From the NCBI GenBank assembly GCA_964016885.1, contig OZ024742.1, positions 213,900,001-213,964,000 on the forward strand: a stretch of 64,000 bases of DNA, in the 5' to 3' direction. The translations under genes were made by a program, and so were the position numbers. Positions 13,868 through 31,231 of this stretch are shown piece by piece (the first letter of the stretch is position 1; every line of letters starts with the position of its first letter). Below the pieces are notes generated by a model. It saw only the letters and a program-made list of their open reading frames with translations. It was not told the DNA's origin and made no database searches. The DNA is from Eledone cirrhosa (taxonomy: Eukaryota).

Positions 13868-14061
13868 TCGGTAGAGGGTCGGACGCCATGTTTTGCAACA
13901 TAGAGTATGATCTGAGTTCAAATCCCGACGAGGTTAACTTTGCTTTTCATCCTTACGAGGTTGATAAAATAAAGTACCAGTCACGTACTGGAGGTCAATT
14001 TAATCGACTTTCCCCTTCCCCCAAATTGCTGGCCTTGTGCCTATATAAGAAATCATTATTA
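13868..14061 (+). mobile_element. Family A SINE
   Basis: Same head, core and tail as the copy at 5919. Confidence 0.85.
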
Positions 14062-14392
14062 CCAATTAATACACAGTTAGGCAAAATTCAAGAAGATGGA
14101 ATAAAATTGTGTACAACATGCGCATAAAATGAAGTAAAGCTTCGTCAGAAGCTAATATAAGTAAAATAGATAAATAAATAAATAAAATAAAAAATAAAAA
14201 CAAAATACGCTGATGCAGTTCACTGGAGGTTATATTTCAATATGGCCGCCGAAAGATATTCAGATGTTTTACTATGAAAAAATAACTGTTATATATGCAC
14301 CATAGGGACGCCATAAGCTGAAAACTACTAAATCTAATTTAGTCTGATTGTGTCCAATACACGAATACACACACAGACACAGACACAGACTC

Positions 14393-14489
<97 letters not shown>

Positions 14490-15034
14490 GCACGCAACGC
14501 ACACACACACACATACACGCAGACACACACAGAGACACATAGACACACACACACACACACAGACACACAAATACACGCACAGACAGACGCACATATACAA
14601 ACACACACACATACACATATATATCTTTGTTGCGCAGGCTTTAGTAGCTCGCTGCGTAACCAAATGGTTCGGTGTTCATTTCCATTTCGTAGCATCTTTT
14701 ACAATTGACTACTACTATAACCACATAATCAATGCTATGTGAGGGGAATTTGGTAGACAGGATCCGTCTACAAAATTTCACTTAACTATAGAAGAAAACG
14801 TTTGACAAATGATCCGAAACCCCCTGGTTGCGAAACGAATTCTTGAACCCCCTCCATTTTGTGTATGCATCACCATCGAGGTCGAAAAATTAATTATCAA
14901 ATTAATTATCAAATTAAAGCTTTGACTTTGATTTTACTGATTGTTCTCGCGTAGCCTAACGGTTATGATGCTGGACTCATGAGCGAAAAGTGGCGTGTTT
15001 GAATCCGAGGCTAAGTGGTGCGTTGTCTTCGTAA

Positions 15035-15228
15035 ATAATTGTTTCTTATATAGGCATAAGGCCAATGATGAAATCGACCCTAGTGTATGGCTGGTACTTT
15101 ATTTTATCGACCCCGTAAGGATGAAAGGCAAAGTTAACTTCGGCGGGATTTGAGCTCAGATCATAAAGGGACGTAACTCTATGCTGCAAAGCATAGCGTC
15201 CGACCCTCTACCGATACTGCCAATCCAC
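15035..15228 (-). mobile_element. Family A SINE
   Basis: Reverse complement of family A. Confidence 0.85.
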
Positions 15229-16084
15229 AGAATAATAAAATCAGTTATGTCAGTCTATAAGCTGTCTGGGTGTAAACGATAACCCTCGGAATTTCCTTTT
15301 AAAGTGAAGCGTGTTGTCCGACGCCCTACTGAGACTGCCAATCCGCTGCCCTTGCCTTCGTAAATAATGCACTTAATTTTGCTCTGCTCCATATCCACAC
15401 AGTTGCAGTAATGAGTGCCAGTAGTAGCTGTAGCAGCAACAACAACAGTTAAGAGTCAACTTTGTGATTCCAAGATTGAGTACCACATTCCGAGTAACTT
15501 AACACCACATGAAGCAGCTAGGCTCAGGAAAGATTTTAATTGAAAAAATGAGTAGCAGCAGTAGCTGAGGATTAAACTTACGACGGGCTGGCGTCGGGTG
15601 CAAGGGGTAATCTTGTACTCTTATTCATTTAATACTATAGGAAGTCGAGATTGAACTCTGGCTTGATGAGCTTCTAAGCTCAAGAAAGACATCAATATTT
15701 TAACTTTTAACTATCTCGCTTCAAAATTGTGGTTCTGTGCCTATGCTAAAAATTCAATATTTCCTTTTTAACGAAGGGCAGGGATAGGCAAATTCAGTGA
15801 AGTGAGAAGGCGTGGGGGCAAAATATTTTGCGGGATTTACTTACGTTTCATGTATTCTGACTTCAAATCTCACTAGGTGCAATATGTTTTCCACACACTC
15901 ACACATAGGTAAACACTAAATATACAAGTGTTTCAAATAATATATTTGTGCAGAGTTGCAATGATTATTTTTCCAAGAGATTGTCCACTCACTGAGACAC
16001 CTCTTTCCCGAGGACCACTGGGTACTACTGGTAATATATGTATACATCTCTCTCTCTTTCTCTATCTCTATCCTCTCTCCCCCC

Positions 16085-16125
<41 letters not shown>

Positions 16126-16150
16126 GAGAGAGAGATGTGTACATATATTA

Positions 16151-16286
16151 CCCGTTTTACGTGTGTTGTGTTGAGGCAAATAACGATGTGTATACTCTGG
16201 TAATGTATCATACATTGCCCATTGAGTGCGCTGAGATACAACCGGTACTGGCATTGATAAATATGCTGGGTCCGTCAACCCTTATT
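16151..16286 (+). mobile_element. 3' fragment of the TA-embedded element whose longer copy is at ~45130-45905
   Basis: Close match to 45769-45903 (CCCGTTTTACGTGTGTTG...CGTCAACCCTTATT); both copies run into (TA)n. Confidence 0.8.
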
Positions 16287-16327
16287 ATATATATATATAT
16301 ATATATATATAAGATCATCTTAAATAT

Positions 16328-16380
<53 letters not shown>

Positions 16381-17509
16381 AGATGATCTTAGCGGGAATT
16401 CAATTAAGAAACTATATAGCCGGAAAAATTACCGCAAGGTACTTATCCGACACTCTAATGCTTTTGCCAATCGAGTGCCAAAGACAATGTACAAATATCT
16501 AAGCCCTCCCCCCTCTCAATATGTGTACAAGACTTAGAAACAACAACATTTTTAGCAAGTTTTCAGAAATCATAAAAAACTAGACAAAATGTTCTCTATT
16601 TATACTCATTCTCTAAGCCTCAAGTAAAATATTCACAGATGTCGAATTTCATCTCTGTCAGGTCGACACAAAAATAAAAACAAAGCAAAAACAAGTAATG
16701 TACCGAGGTATATATTAGTACACCACTGTATATCGATCGGCTATACACCCTCAGCTGCCAAAATTTGATCTGTGTCTCTTCAAAATAAATCAATATTCCA
16801 CGTGTACATCTACAATTCTTCAGCAATATACAGAAGTTGTAAATACTGTTGTCAGTGAAACTGACACAATAAGTACGTTATCGTTCTCTAATACAAAATT
16901 AACAGTCTACAGAAATTCTATTTATTAAGTCAAAGTAAATAAAATATTCAAAAGCTACAAACTTCGATTCAATGACAGACTATTTAAGCTGTACATACAG
17001 TACCAAAGAAAATTAGCTTCATGCAAGAAGCTGTGGAAGAGAGAGAGAGAGTGGTATTCCATAAATACAGACAAGGAATCCGGATTTGAATCTAGTATAT
17101 ATGGATATCACAATGAAGAGCCATACCACGACGATTAGTGGAGGGCTTTGTTTTAGGTATATAAAACAGCAGACAATAAAATGAAAGCAAATTAGTGCAA
17201 AGAAAATCCCAAATCCCAACAATAAAACGAAACTGAATGAAAACGTACAAGTCACAACGAAGCCTTCTACAAGACTCCTTTTCTGTGATTTATATCCGAC
17301 TGCCTCGTATTGTTTAACTAATTTATCGGGCGGTAGCAATAGATTGCGAACAGTCTATTGTGAAGGAATAGACCGGTATCGAAAAGCAATTTACAAATAA
17401 ATTATATAACACTTCACTTAATGGAATGAAACACGACGAAGTGGTATATTATGAAGATTAGAAATACCATACACGATGAAGTGCAGCGTCATAGTCTAAA
17501 GTCTGTCTT

Positions 17510-17766
17510 AAGCGAGAAGGCTCATTTGGCCGGTGCTTATCCCGGTTTCATGGCGTGAAGCGACTGAGAGTACAAGACACCCCTCCTGGACTGGACGCCA
17601 GTCTATCGCAGGGTTAACTCCCAGCTATTGCTGGTACTCATTTTCAGCTGAGTATACTGGAGCAACGTGGAACGAAGTATTTTGCTCAAAAACACAACAC
17701 GCAACCCAGGAATCGAACCCACGACATTATGATCGTAAGTCCAAACCCTTACCACTAGGCCACGCA
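17510..17766 (-). mobile_element. tRNA-derived SINE, family B (V-domain-like core)
   Basis: A box TGGCCTAGTGG, B box GGTTCGATTCC, core CCTGCGATAGACTGGCGTCCAGTCCAGG. Confidence 0.75.
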
Positions 17767-18435
17767 GATTCATAGGGTATACAGTAATTATTATAAACAT
17801 CTTGCACAACGCTGCAAAATCAAAAGCTACAAAATAAGTATTATAACCACTAGATGATGTGTAAAAAGAGAAACTATACCAAACATTATACATATTCCAC
17901 TCCATGGAGTGAAACGTAAACAAGTATACCATGAAGTTTACTAGTACTCCACTCGATATAGTGCATCGCGAGCAAATATATGATGACCATTATGAAGACT
18001 CCACTATGAATATGATAAACATTCCATACCATTCCACTCTACTATACAGTAAGTATTTTAAATCTTCTGTACGATTGAATGGAGTGCAATGTATTCTTTA
18101 GATTCGTGTTTCAAAGCTACTAGAAACGAATGTTGGAAAAGCAGACATATTGTGTTGAATAAATTTTCAAAGGGAAGAAAATTGTGCTTGCTTGTGCAAA
18201 TAACTGAATGACAGGTGTTTATCATGGCGGAATTACTTATTTTGCCGAGCAGCTGTATCTACTATATTTATAGTGTATTGTGTAATATAGATATGTATGT
18301 ATATATATATATATATATACATGTGTGTGTGTGTGTGTGTGTGTGTTTGTGTGTGAGTGTGTGCGTATGTGTGTGTGTTTGTGTGTGAGTGTGTGCGTAT
18401 GTGTGTGTGAGTGCGTATGTATGTATATATATATA

Positions 18436-18810
18436 GGCAAGGGGCGGAGGAACTCAGCAGAGTCAACGGCCATCCAAATAGTAGGTTTTTTTTTAATTTT
18501 TTATTTTCACCTGGGAGTGAAAGGCCCCCAGCTGTTGTCACAACACCCTTCTAGGAGAGGGAAACTCTGAAAAAAAAACTTACGGCTTCGGAAGCATCCG
18601 ATGATGTTGACTAGTTCTCCTTTTCGGGTAGTGTTTTCAATGCTCAGAGAGTGGGATTGGTCGAGTGCAAGGCCTTTCCCCACTTAAAAAACCATCAAAG
18701 CATTGCTTGTTCAGGATGTTACAGGTTTGTGTGGCTAGCGGTAGCCTAAAGTGCACTAAACTCTATAATCTGACAAGCGATTGCAAAACTCTTAGCAGTG
18801 TTTGCAGCCA
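18436..18810 (+). mobile_element. Possible 5' UTR/start fragment of an RTE-type LINE
   Basis: GGAGAGGGAAACTCTGA motif recalled from RTE 5' regions; GC-richer island between TA tracts; weak support. Confidence 0.3.
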
Positions 18811-19399
18811 TCATATATATATATATATATATATATCATTTAATTAGTTTAATTATCAATGGGTAGGACTGATGGTTCTGGTTGGTAAACCATGATGTAA
18901 CAAATCAATCAAAGCACTCAATGTTATGCAACACATCCACCGTAGATATCGTGTCCAGTAGTTGGTGCAGGAACGGAGTAAAGTATTTATTTAACAACAA
19001 AGGGACGGACTGGAAAATTTGCTTTAGAATTTTAATTTTGCGAAATCACTCTACATATTTCAATGGCCCAGCTCCATCACCCAGTTATGATGCAAGACAG
19101 GACGATCCCATCAAGTGTAATCCACAGAAATACGTAACAGGATTACGTTGAACCCAAACATATAATAGAAGATAGGAAAAAGATAATAGAAAATTAAAAT
19201 TGAAAATTCTATTCGGGGATAGTAGTGGGAACAGAGATACTGGTTGGTTAAGTTGGTCGGTGTGGCTTGCCGTATTGAATTGATATCTTCGAAAAAAAAA
19301 TGAATTCTTATATATTCCAATGATTTGAAATGCCTGCTACAGTTTCTTTCGTTTTTGAAACCATGGTAGGGAGACGTTTATATGATTGAAACTTTCTTA

Positions 19400-20037
19400 T
19401 TTTAGACTTTCTTAAATTTGTGGTAGGGAAAAGTTGATTGTATCGACTCCAGTAATTGACTGGTACTTTATTTTATCTATCTCGGAAGGATGACAAGCAT
19501 AGATAGCCTCGACGGGATTTGAACTCAGAACTTACAAAATCTGCAATGCATTTCACCCAACGCAGTGGATTCTGCCCTTATTGTTGCTGTAATAATGGTT
19601 CCTGATTTAGACACAAGGCCAACAATTTAGGGGAGAAGAAAGTCGATCACATCGACCCCACTCCGTTAGTGGTACTTGACCTTATCGATCCCGTATGGGT
19701 GAAAGATAAAGCTAACCTCGACAGAACGTAAAGGGAAGTAACTATATACTGCAAAGCATGTTGTCCGACACTCTACCGATACTGTGGATTCACCGCCCTT
19801 GGTGTGGCTTTAATGATAGTTTCTACTTTGGCACAAGAGCAGTAATTTGAAGGAGAAGGGAAAAGTCCATTAAATTAATTCCAGTGCATTACTGGTGCTT
19901 TATTTTATCGACCTCGCAAGGATGAAAGGTAAAGCTAACCTCGATAGGATTGAACTCAAAACGTAAAGGTCCGTAACTCTATGCCACAAAGGATAGTGTC
20001 TGATTCTTTACCGATACTGCCAGTCCTCTACTCTTGG
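19400..20037 (-). mobile_element. Three tandem diverged family A SINEs
   Basis: Three reverse-complement cores near 19460, 19670 and 19895. Confidence 0.75.
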
Positions 20038-20784
20038 TATTGCTGTAATAACAACATGTAATTTGTCCCTCGTATATTCAGTCTGAACGTGAAGCCATCA
20101 ATTGTTAATTCAAGTCAAAACCTCTACATAATCTGTTTCAGTAAACAATACTTTTAATCCGACCAAGCTTGAACAGGAGAGAAATAAATGAAATAAATAA
20201 CTCATCTAATGAAAGCAGCTTCAACTTTATGTCTGTTTACGTGTCTGTGTCTAACCTGAAAAAATGGCAATTGTCATTAGTGTAATATACCCCAATTAAA
20301 CAATTTATATACATACATACATTCACGCATACGTACATACATACATACATACATACATAAGTACGTACGTACATAAATACATTCATACATAATACTTACA
20401 TACATACATAATACTTACATACACACATACATGCACACACACACACATACATACGTACATACATATATATACATATATGCATACATATATACATACATAC
20501 ATAAGTAAGTACGTACGTGAATACATACAAATATTTTCACTACTGTGGTCCAATTTCCAATTAGATATAGTTTCTTATGGTCGCAATCAGCATAATTCCC
20601 AGTAGAAGTCAATCTCTCTCCCCACGCCTCTCTCTCATTCTATTTCTATCACCCCCCCCCACACGCATACACCCCCCCCCCCACACACACACAGGTGCAC
20701 TCACATATATGTATCCGTATCTATCTTTGTTTTTCGTTTCTTTGATTCATTGCTATTTCTCTTCTCTCTATATTTCCTTATGTG

Positions 20785-21106
20785 GAAAGGAGCGTGACTT
20801 TGATGTTAGGGTGTTCAGCTCACAATCGAAAGGCCATGAGTTCGATTCTCGGCAGCGCGTTGTGTCCTTGACGTCACTTTATTTCACGTTGCTCCAGTCC
20901 ACTCAACTGGCAGAAATGAGTTGTGCTTGTAATTTGAAAGGCCAGCCTTGTGACATTCTGCGTCACTCTGAATCTCCCTGAGAACTACGTTAAGGGTACA
21001 CGTGTCTGTAGAATGGTCAACCACTTGCGCGTTAATTTCACAAGCAGGCTGTTCCGTTGATCATACCAACTGGAACACTCGTCGTCGTAACCGACGGAGT
21101 ACCAGT
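20785..21106 (+). mobile_element. tRNA-derived SINE, family C
   Basis: B box GAGTTCGATTCTC, TTGTGTCCTTGA..CACTTTATTTCACGTTGCTCCAGT core; related copy at ~49735-50005. Confidence 0.75.
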
Positions 21107-21750
21107 TAAATATCCTTATTTATTTATGTTATCTATTCTATTGCACTCCTGTTATTTCTATCCCTACCCATGTAACTCCATCTCAACCTCTCTCCCACTA
21201 TATTAACAATCCTACATCACATCTCTGTATTTGAATGTCATTCTTTCTAACTTATTCTATCACTGTCTATCAGCATATCTTCTCCCTGTAGATATTTTTT
21301 GCTCTATCAGTCCCTTGTTATTTCCTAACTTCTGTTTCCTCTTCTTTTTGTTTTGTTTATATCTCATTCATTTAATATCTGTGTTGACTTCTCTATGAAT
21401 TATTCGGTTTCTTTATCTTCCTTTCTATAATTCTCTTAGCATATCTCTCCTTTTCTAAGTTATTCTGTTTGTAACTCCCGAGTTCTTTAATTATTTCACT
21501 CTCTCCGCTACTTCCAATTCAAAGCCTCTCTCCTTTCCATTGCATAATTAATCATTATCACTCTCACTTTCTTTATATCTTTAGCAAAAGGTAAAAGATT
21601 TGTCTCCATATATTATTTTCACTATCTCTTTCTGTATTCAATCACTGTTTGCTCTTAATCTGATCGAATCTGCAACCAATTTCTCATTATTCTTTTGGGA
21701 TATGTATATACGACTCTCTCTCTCTCCCCCTCTCTCTATCTCTCTCTCTC

Positions 21751-21808
<58 letters not shown>

Positions 21809-22217
21809 AGTGACAAAGGCACTGTGTGTTTACTAATAAACATTATTTAGAAAACGTACGAGAAACAAAAACATAAAGACAATTCCCTCTCTTCGGCTGT
21901 CTGCTGTGAGTCGCTGATGTTTCGACGCATTAATAACAATACATCTCACCACAGTACGTTGATAACTAAGAAGATTTGTTATCAGTGAGAAGTTAAAAAG
22001 AAACATTGGGTCTTCTTTTTAACTTCTCTCTCTTTCTCCCATTGGTTACTGCAAATTACATGTACTACTTGTGTTTCCCCCTGTTTATTGGTATGTTTTT
22101 CTTCTGTTTATTTTCTTTTTCTGTCGTTCTCTTTGCTATCGTCTCTGTTTATTTGTTGTTTTCTTACCTGAGCGGGATTTGTCCTTATGTTTGTGTTTCT
22201 CTTACGTTTTCTAAATA

Positions 22218-22294
<77 letters not shown>

Positions 22295-22307
22295 GAACAT
22301 TACAAGG

Positions 22308-22392
22308 GGTCTGACGAGCCGCGGATTATAGAGTAAGGTCAGATCGATACGGATCGAACCTTCAGCTGGTCAGTGGCGAAACGCGCGTCACC
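22308..22392 (+). ncRNA. Type I hammerhead ribozyme with palindromic stem III
   Basis: GGT CTGACGA GCCGC..GTGGC GAAAC GCGC GTC| ACC, then AATAAA; lies in TA-flanked element 22292-22538; homologous 5' half at 8260-8304. Confidence 0.75.
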
Positions 22393-22534
22393 AACCAATA
22401 AACGTAATGAAGGAGTAACCAATCGCCCTTGTTATCTTATTTAACTATAATACACTCTGTATAGCTCTACACATCGACACTGAAGTGAATTGCTCACCCG
22501 GGTGAACCTACAGTAACTCCAAGTTACACTCCCT

Positions 22535-22572
<38 letters not shown>

Positions 22573-22646
22573 CGAAGGAAATGTGGTAAGGAACCAGGTG
22601 GACCATAACGCACCAAAGTACTCAATACTTAGGGTAGTAGAGTGGG

Positions 22647-22767
22647 TAATAGGAACCAGTAAGACCCCCGACGGCTGAGCTCAAGCCGTTTCGACGGCTA
22701 ATTCTGGACTGTCCAGAATTAGCCGTCGAAACGGCTTGAGCTCAGCCGTCGGGGTCTTACTGGTTCC

Positions 22768-22772
<5 letters not shown>
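22647..22772. repeat. Near-perfect palindrome (~62-bp arms, 1-nt loop)
   Basis: ...ATTCTGGAC T GTCCAGAAT...; part of element 22571-22772, homologous to 63235-63373. Confidence 0.95.
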
Positions 22773-22830
<58 letters not shown>

Positions 22831-22835
<5 letters not shown>

Positions 22836-22942
22836 TAAAATAACAGATTACAGTTTAAGCAAAGAATCGGTGCTTTCACCCTTAACGGGATCTTTGAAAG
22901 CAGCGATTCTTTGCTTAAACCTTAATCTGTTATTTTAATAAA
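22831..22942. repeat. Inverted repeat (~47-bp arms) in (TA)n
   Basis: TTTATTAAAATAACAGATTA... / ...TAATCTGTTATTTTAATAAA; single-arm copies at 52314-52382 and 60951-61022. Confidence 0.9.
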
Positions 22943-22969
22943 TATACATATATATATATATATATAAGT

Positions 22970-23216
22970 ATGTATACGTACATACATATATGTATACTGA
23001 CGTACAGTAGTATGTATATATATGTATATATACATACATGCACACATATATATATGTACGTATGGATTCACCGAACATTTATTATAATGTTCGATGTCTT
23101 TGTAAATAAATGTTCGGTGAATCCATACGTACATATATATATGTGTGCATGTATGTATATATATATATATACATACTACTGTACGTCTGTATACATATAT
23201 GCATGTACGTATACAT
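22970..23216. repeat. Inverted repeat (~110-bp arms, ~20-nt spacer)
   Basis: ...GTACGTATGGATTCACCGAACATTTATT / AATAAATGTTCGGTGAATCCATACGTAC... Confidence 0.9.
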
Positions 23217-24664
23217 CAGACTCAGACTCAGAAGCTCCTGCGTCTTGCGACGCATGAGACAATCATAGTGTTCCACCGCGTTCGGTCAGCAGCCAGTTGC
23301 ACAGCGTCCCGCCATTGTCTGTTTGTCGCTCGCAGGTCCCTCTCAACTGTCTGGCGCCAGTTCATTTTGGGTCGCCCTCTCCGTCTGCTTCCCTGTGGGT
23401 TCCATTTAAGTGCTTGGTTCGCCAGTCTCTCCGGGGGAAGTTTCAAAGCGTGTCCAAACCAGCCCAGGCGTCGCTTGCAGATGGCAGAAGAGACTAGCTG
23501 CTGGTTGGTACGGTTCCTGACTCCCTGGTTTGTTACATGGTCACTCCATTTAATCCCCAGGATCTTTCGCAGACACCTGGAATCGAATGCGTCCAACTTC
23601 TTCTCTTGGCTGGTCTTAAGGTGCCATGTTTCACTTCCGTACAAGAGTGTGGACAGCACGTTGCTGTTGTAAAATCTCATCTTTGTTTTGAGGGTGAACT
23701 TCCTGCTCTTCCAGATCTTGACAAGCTGGTTAAATACTGCTGAAGCCTTTCCCATTCTACATTGCAATTCACTGTCCATGGCGCCCCCATTTTCAATGGA
23801 GCTTCCTAGGTAGGTGAAGTTGTCCACTATCTCCACCTCCCCCTGTTCAATGAAAACACTAGTTGGTGATGGGTGTGTCCCAGATAACATGCTTTTGGTC
23901 TTCTTAGCACTGATATTGAGACCTAAGCTTCCTGCTTCGACATTGATATTGTTCATAATGATTTGCAGGTCAGCTGTGCTCTCTGCAAGTGCAACAATAT
24001 TGTCCGCAAAGTCCAGGTCAGACAACTTTTGCTCTCCCACCCAAGATATACCCTGGTCTTTAGACGCTCTTCTTAGTACCCAGTCAATGGCTATGGCAAA
24101 GAGAATTGGAGAGAGCGAGCAACCCTGACGCACACCAGTAACCACCTCAAACCAGTCACTGTAACCATCCTCTGTCCGTATGCAGCACTTGGAGTTTGCG
24201 TAAATCTGTTTGATTGCCGAAATGACTTTCTGGGGCAGACCATACTCATGCATGATGCTCCAGAGTGACGGTCGATGAATGCTATCGAACGCTTTGGAGA
24301 AATCGATGAAGCTGACGGCGAGGGGCCTCTGGAATTCGTTGTACCTCTCAATGATGCGGCGTAACGTAAAGATCTGCTCTGCACAGGAACGTTTTGGTCG
24401 GAACCCTGCCTGTTGTTCTCGCAGTTCTCGGTCTACCATGCCACGTATGCGGTTCAGGATCATCAGACAATAGACCTTCCCTGGTATGGAAATAAGTGTC
24501 ACTCCCTTCCAGTTGTCACAATCGGCAAGGTTGCCTTTCTTGAGGATACAGACAACCGCTCCGTTCTCCAATCTTCTCGGACTTCACCCGTGTTCCACAC
24601 AAGATTACATAAGTGGCCCATCCACTTGACCATGCTTTCGCCTCCTGACTTCAGCATTTCAGCA
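23216..24664 (-). mobile_element. RTE-clade LINE, 5'-truncated, with 447-aa open RT frame
   Basis: ORF 23228-24571: QAGFRPKRSC, FIDFSKAFDS, GVRQGCSLSP, DFADNI (catalytic DD changed to DN), FTYLGS; (TCTGAG)n tail. Confidence 0.95.
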
Positions 24665-24785
24665 TATTTCAGTTATATTTAAGTAACAGCCGTACTAAGA
24701 TTGAGAAATGAAATTTCGTTTCATTTTTTTCCGTTTATATATATATATATATATATCCAGGGAGTGTAACCCCAAGTTACCTGGA

Positions 24786-24855
<70 letters not shown>

Positions 24856-25649
24856 GGATATGTTAGTGATTCGATGGGCAGTCAGACTACACGCGCACAT
24901 ACACACACAGATCACTCATTTAGCTAGTGTTTTTAGAATTCATATCGTCAATATATTTTGACGAGCAATTATATTTACAACTTCAAATATTGCTTTCTCA
25001 GTGTCTGCTGGTGCATTCTGGTGAATATGAGCGAGCTGAATGTCTATGAAGTTTCACCAAATTTTAATATATTGGAACTTGACTGCCACAAATATGTTTA
25101 ATCTAGTTACATCTAAGTCTTATGTTGTTTAGTTCTTGCTGTTAAAGTGACCGGTTGGACTGAGCGAGTTAACTTGATCGGATGAAGATGCATAGTGTAA
25201 TGTGTGATTTATTTGAATATTTTTTTGCTTAAAAAACTGGAAAATTGTGCTATAATATAGTCTTTAAGGCCAGGCACTCTATCTATCTAACTATCTATCT
25301 ATCTATCTATTCTATTCTATCTACAACAAAACGAAAACACACACAAGAACAACAGACAAAAACTAACACAACACAACAAGAACATTACACATACATAAAG
25401 AGCGTAAACAAAACTTTAATGGAGGTCATCTCCACGACCCAATTTAAAGATGATTAGGGTCCCTATGGACACCTATAAGTCTTTAAAGAAAAACTTTCCT
25501 AAGGACGTGGGTAATCCTTGCGTTAAGCCCATTAACCGCGTCATTTTAAAAGGTTTCCCTTCCCTCACGCAGACACCCCTCCACACCAAACATCTCCGTC
25601 CCCACCCCACCAGAAACCACCACCCAACCAAACAATCCCTCCAACACCA

Positions 25650-29358
<3,709 letters not shown>

Positions 29359-30008
29359 TCTCTATTTTCATTTCTCTCTCTCTCTATATATATATATATA
29401 TGTGTGTGTGCGTTTGTGTATATGTGTGCATGTATGTAAGTATGTACGTGTGTGTGTGTGTGCGGAGGGAAAGAGACAGAGAGATAGATAGATAGATAGA
29501 TAGAGAGAGAGCAAGAGAGAGATTTAAAAACGAATATAAAAGGCAATTATGAGTACAGTAAATCTCAGACACTCTTTATTGAATATCTGAAGGCACAAGT
29601 AAAAAGCCATATCAGTTCTTCGTCAACGTGTATATGTGAAAACAAGAGTAAAATAATGCTACCACTTTTCTGTATGAACGTTGATTTATTGTACCAAAAT
29701 CAGATCAAGTAAAGAAATATTAAAAGACATTATGCTAACAGTAGAACATTAGCGAATAGCAATAGTGCATAGAGTCGCCTTCTATTATACTTATTATACA
29801 GACATAACAATGAGTTTCTGCTCATTCGAATTTCCAAATTTAGGTTTCATAGCAATAAGCTATTAATAAGACATTATTGATGAAATATATGGAACACTCC
29901 TATCATAGACAAATAGTGTGCACCACCAGAAAAAATGTTCTTGGTACGATATACAAACAAAAGAATACTCTCATGACGCAAATCAAATTACATCTCAACG
30001 CCTACAAA

Positions 30009-30102
<94 letters not shown>

Positions 30103-30328
30103 AGCACACACACGCACACATTCATACACATTCACACACACACACATTCACACACACATACTCTCAATCACTCATTCACATACATACACACATATACACA
30201 AACTTATACATATATACAGTCTTGTTATAAATATTGTTAAATATTCTTAAAATCACCATCAAATACATCTTTCGCAAAGCTGCTGCACGAATACGGAGAC
30301 AAATAAACCCTATATATATATATAATAT

Positions 30329-30428
<100 letters not shown>

Positions 30429-30467
30429 TATATAATATATATATATAATATATATCTCTCTCTTTAT

Positions 30468-30501
<34 letters not shown>

Positions 30502-30542
30502 ATATATATATATATATATTATATATCTCTCTCTCTCTCTAT

Positions 30543-30576
<34 letters not shown>

Positions 30577-30623
30577 ATATATATATATAATATATATATA
30601 TATATAATATATATAATATATAT

Positions 30624-30685
<62 letters not shown>

Positions 30686-30777
30686 TATATAATATATATA
30701 TAATATATCCAGCGAATTTCAACCGTTGAGGTTGTCTTTTTTCCGGGTATGTCAATATTTATTTATGAAACAAATCT

Positions 30778-30845
30778 TTATTTTATCTGATGAAAGCGCA
30801 CCATAACTTACATTGGTCGCCCTTGAAATATATATAATAAAATAA
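30778..30845 (+). ncRNA. Type I hammerhead ribozyme
   Basis: TTATTTTAT CTGATGA AAGCG..CGCCCTT GAAA TATAT ATA| ATAAAATAA; 9-bp stem I; lies in TA-flanked element ~30709-30942. Confidence 0.75.
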
Positions 30846-30949
30846 TTATGGTTTTATAAATATAGTTTCCATTTATTAAACTCTGTAACCTACATAGAGC
30901 ACTCTTTTTTTCCTGGACCTTTCCGACGGAATTACTTCATTCATATATA

Positions 30950-31037
<88 letters not shown>

Positions 31038-31142
31038 ATATATGATATTTATATATTTTTTTATTCTCCTTCATTCCTGTGAATTCATGACCCATCTATA
31101 AGATTCGTTCCACTACTGTGCGAAAATAAAGAAACCAACAAA

Positions 31143-31231
31143 TCTTCTTCTTCTTCTTGTTCTTCTTCTTCTTCTTCTTCTTCTTCTTCTTCTTCTTCTT
31201 CTTCTTCTTCTTCTTCTTCTTCTTCTTCTTT
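31143..31231. repeat. (TTC)n microsatellite
   Basis: Direct observation. Confidence 0.98.

Noticed and set aside
17690-17766. tRNA-like A and B boxes
   Set aside because: These are SINE heads running into SINE core sequence, not a complete cloverleaf; the same applies at 20785 and 49735
21905-21960. Possible minus-strand hammerhead (GTGGTGA GATGTA..TGCGTC GAAAC ATC)
   Set aside because: Two core mismatches and a weak stem I; at best a decayed copy
23228-24571. 447-aa RT ORF as an active or domesticated gene
   Set aside because: It is 5'-truncated, lacks the endonuclease and has catalytic ADD changed to ADN; best read as a young dead LINE copy
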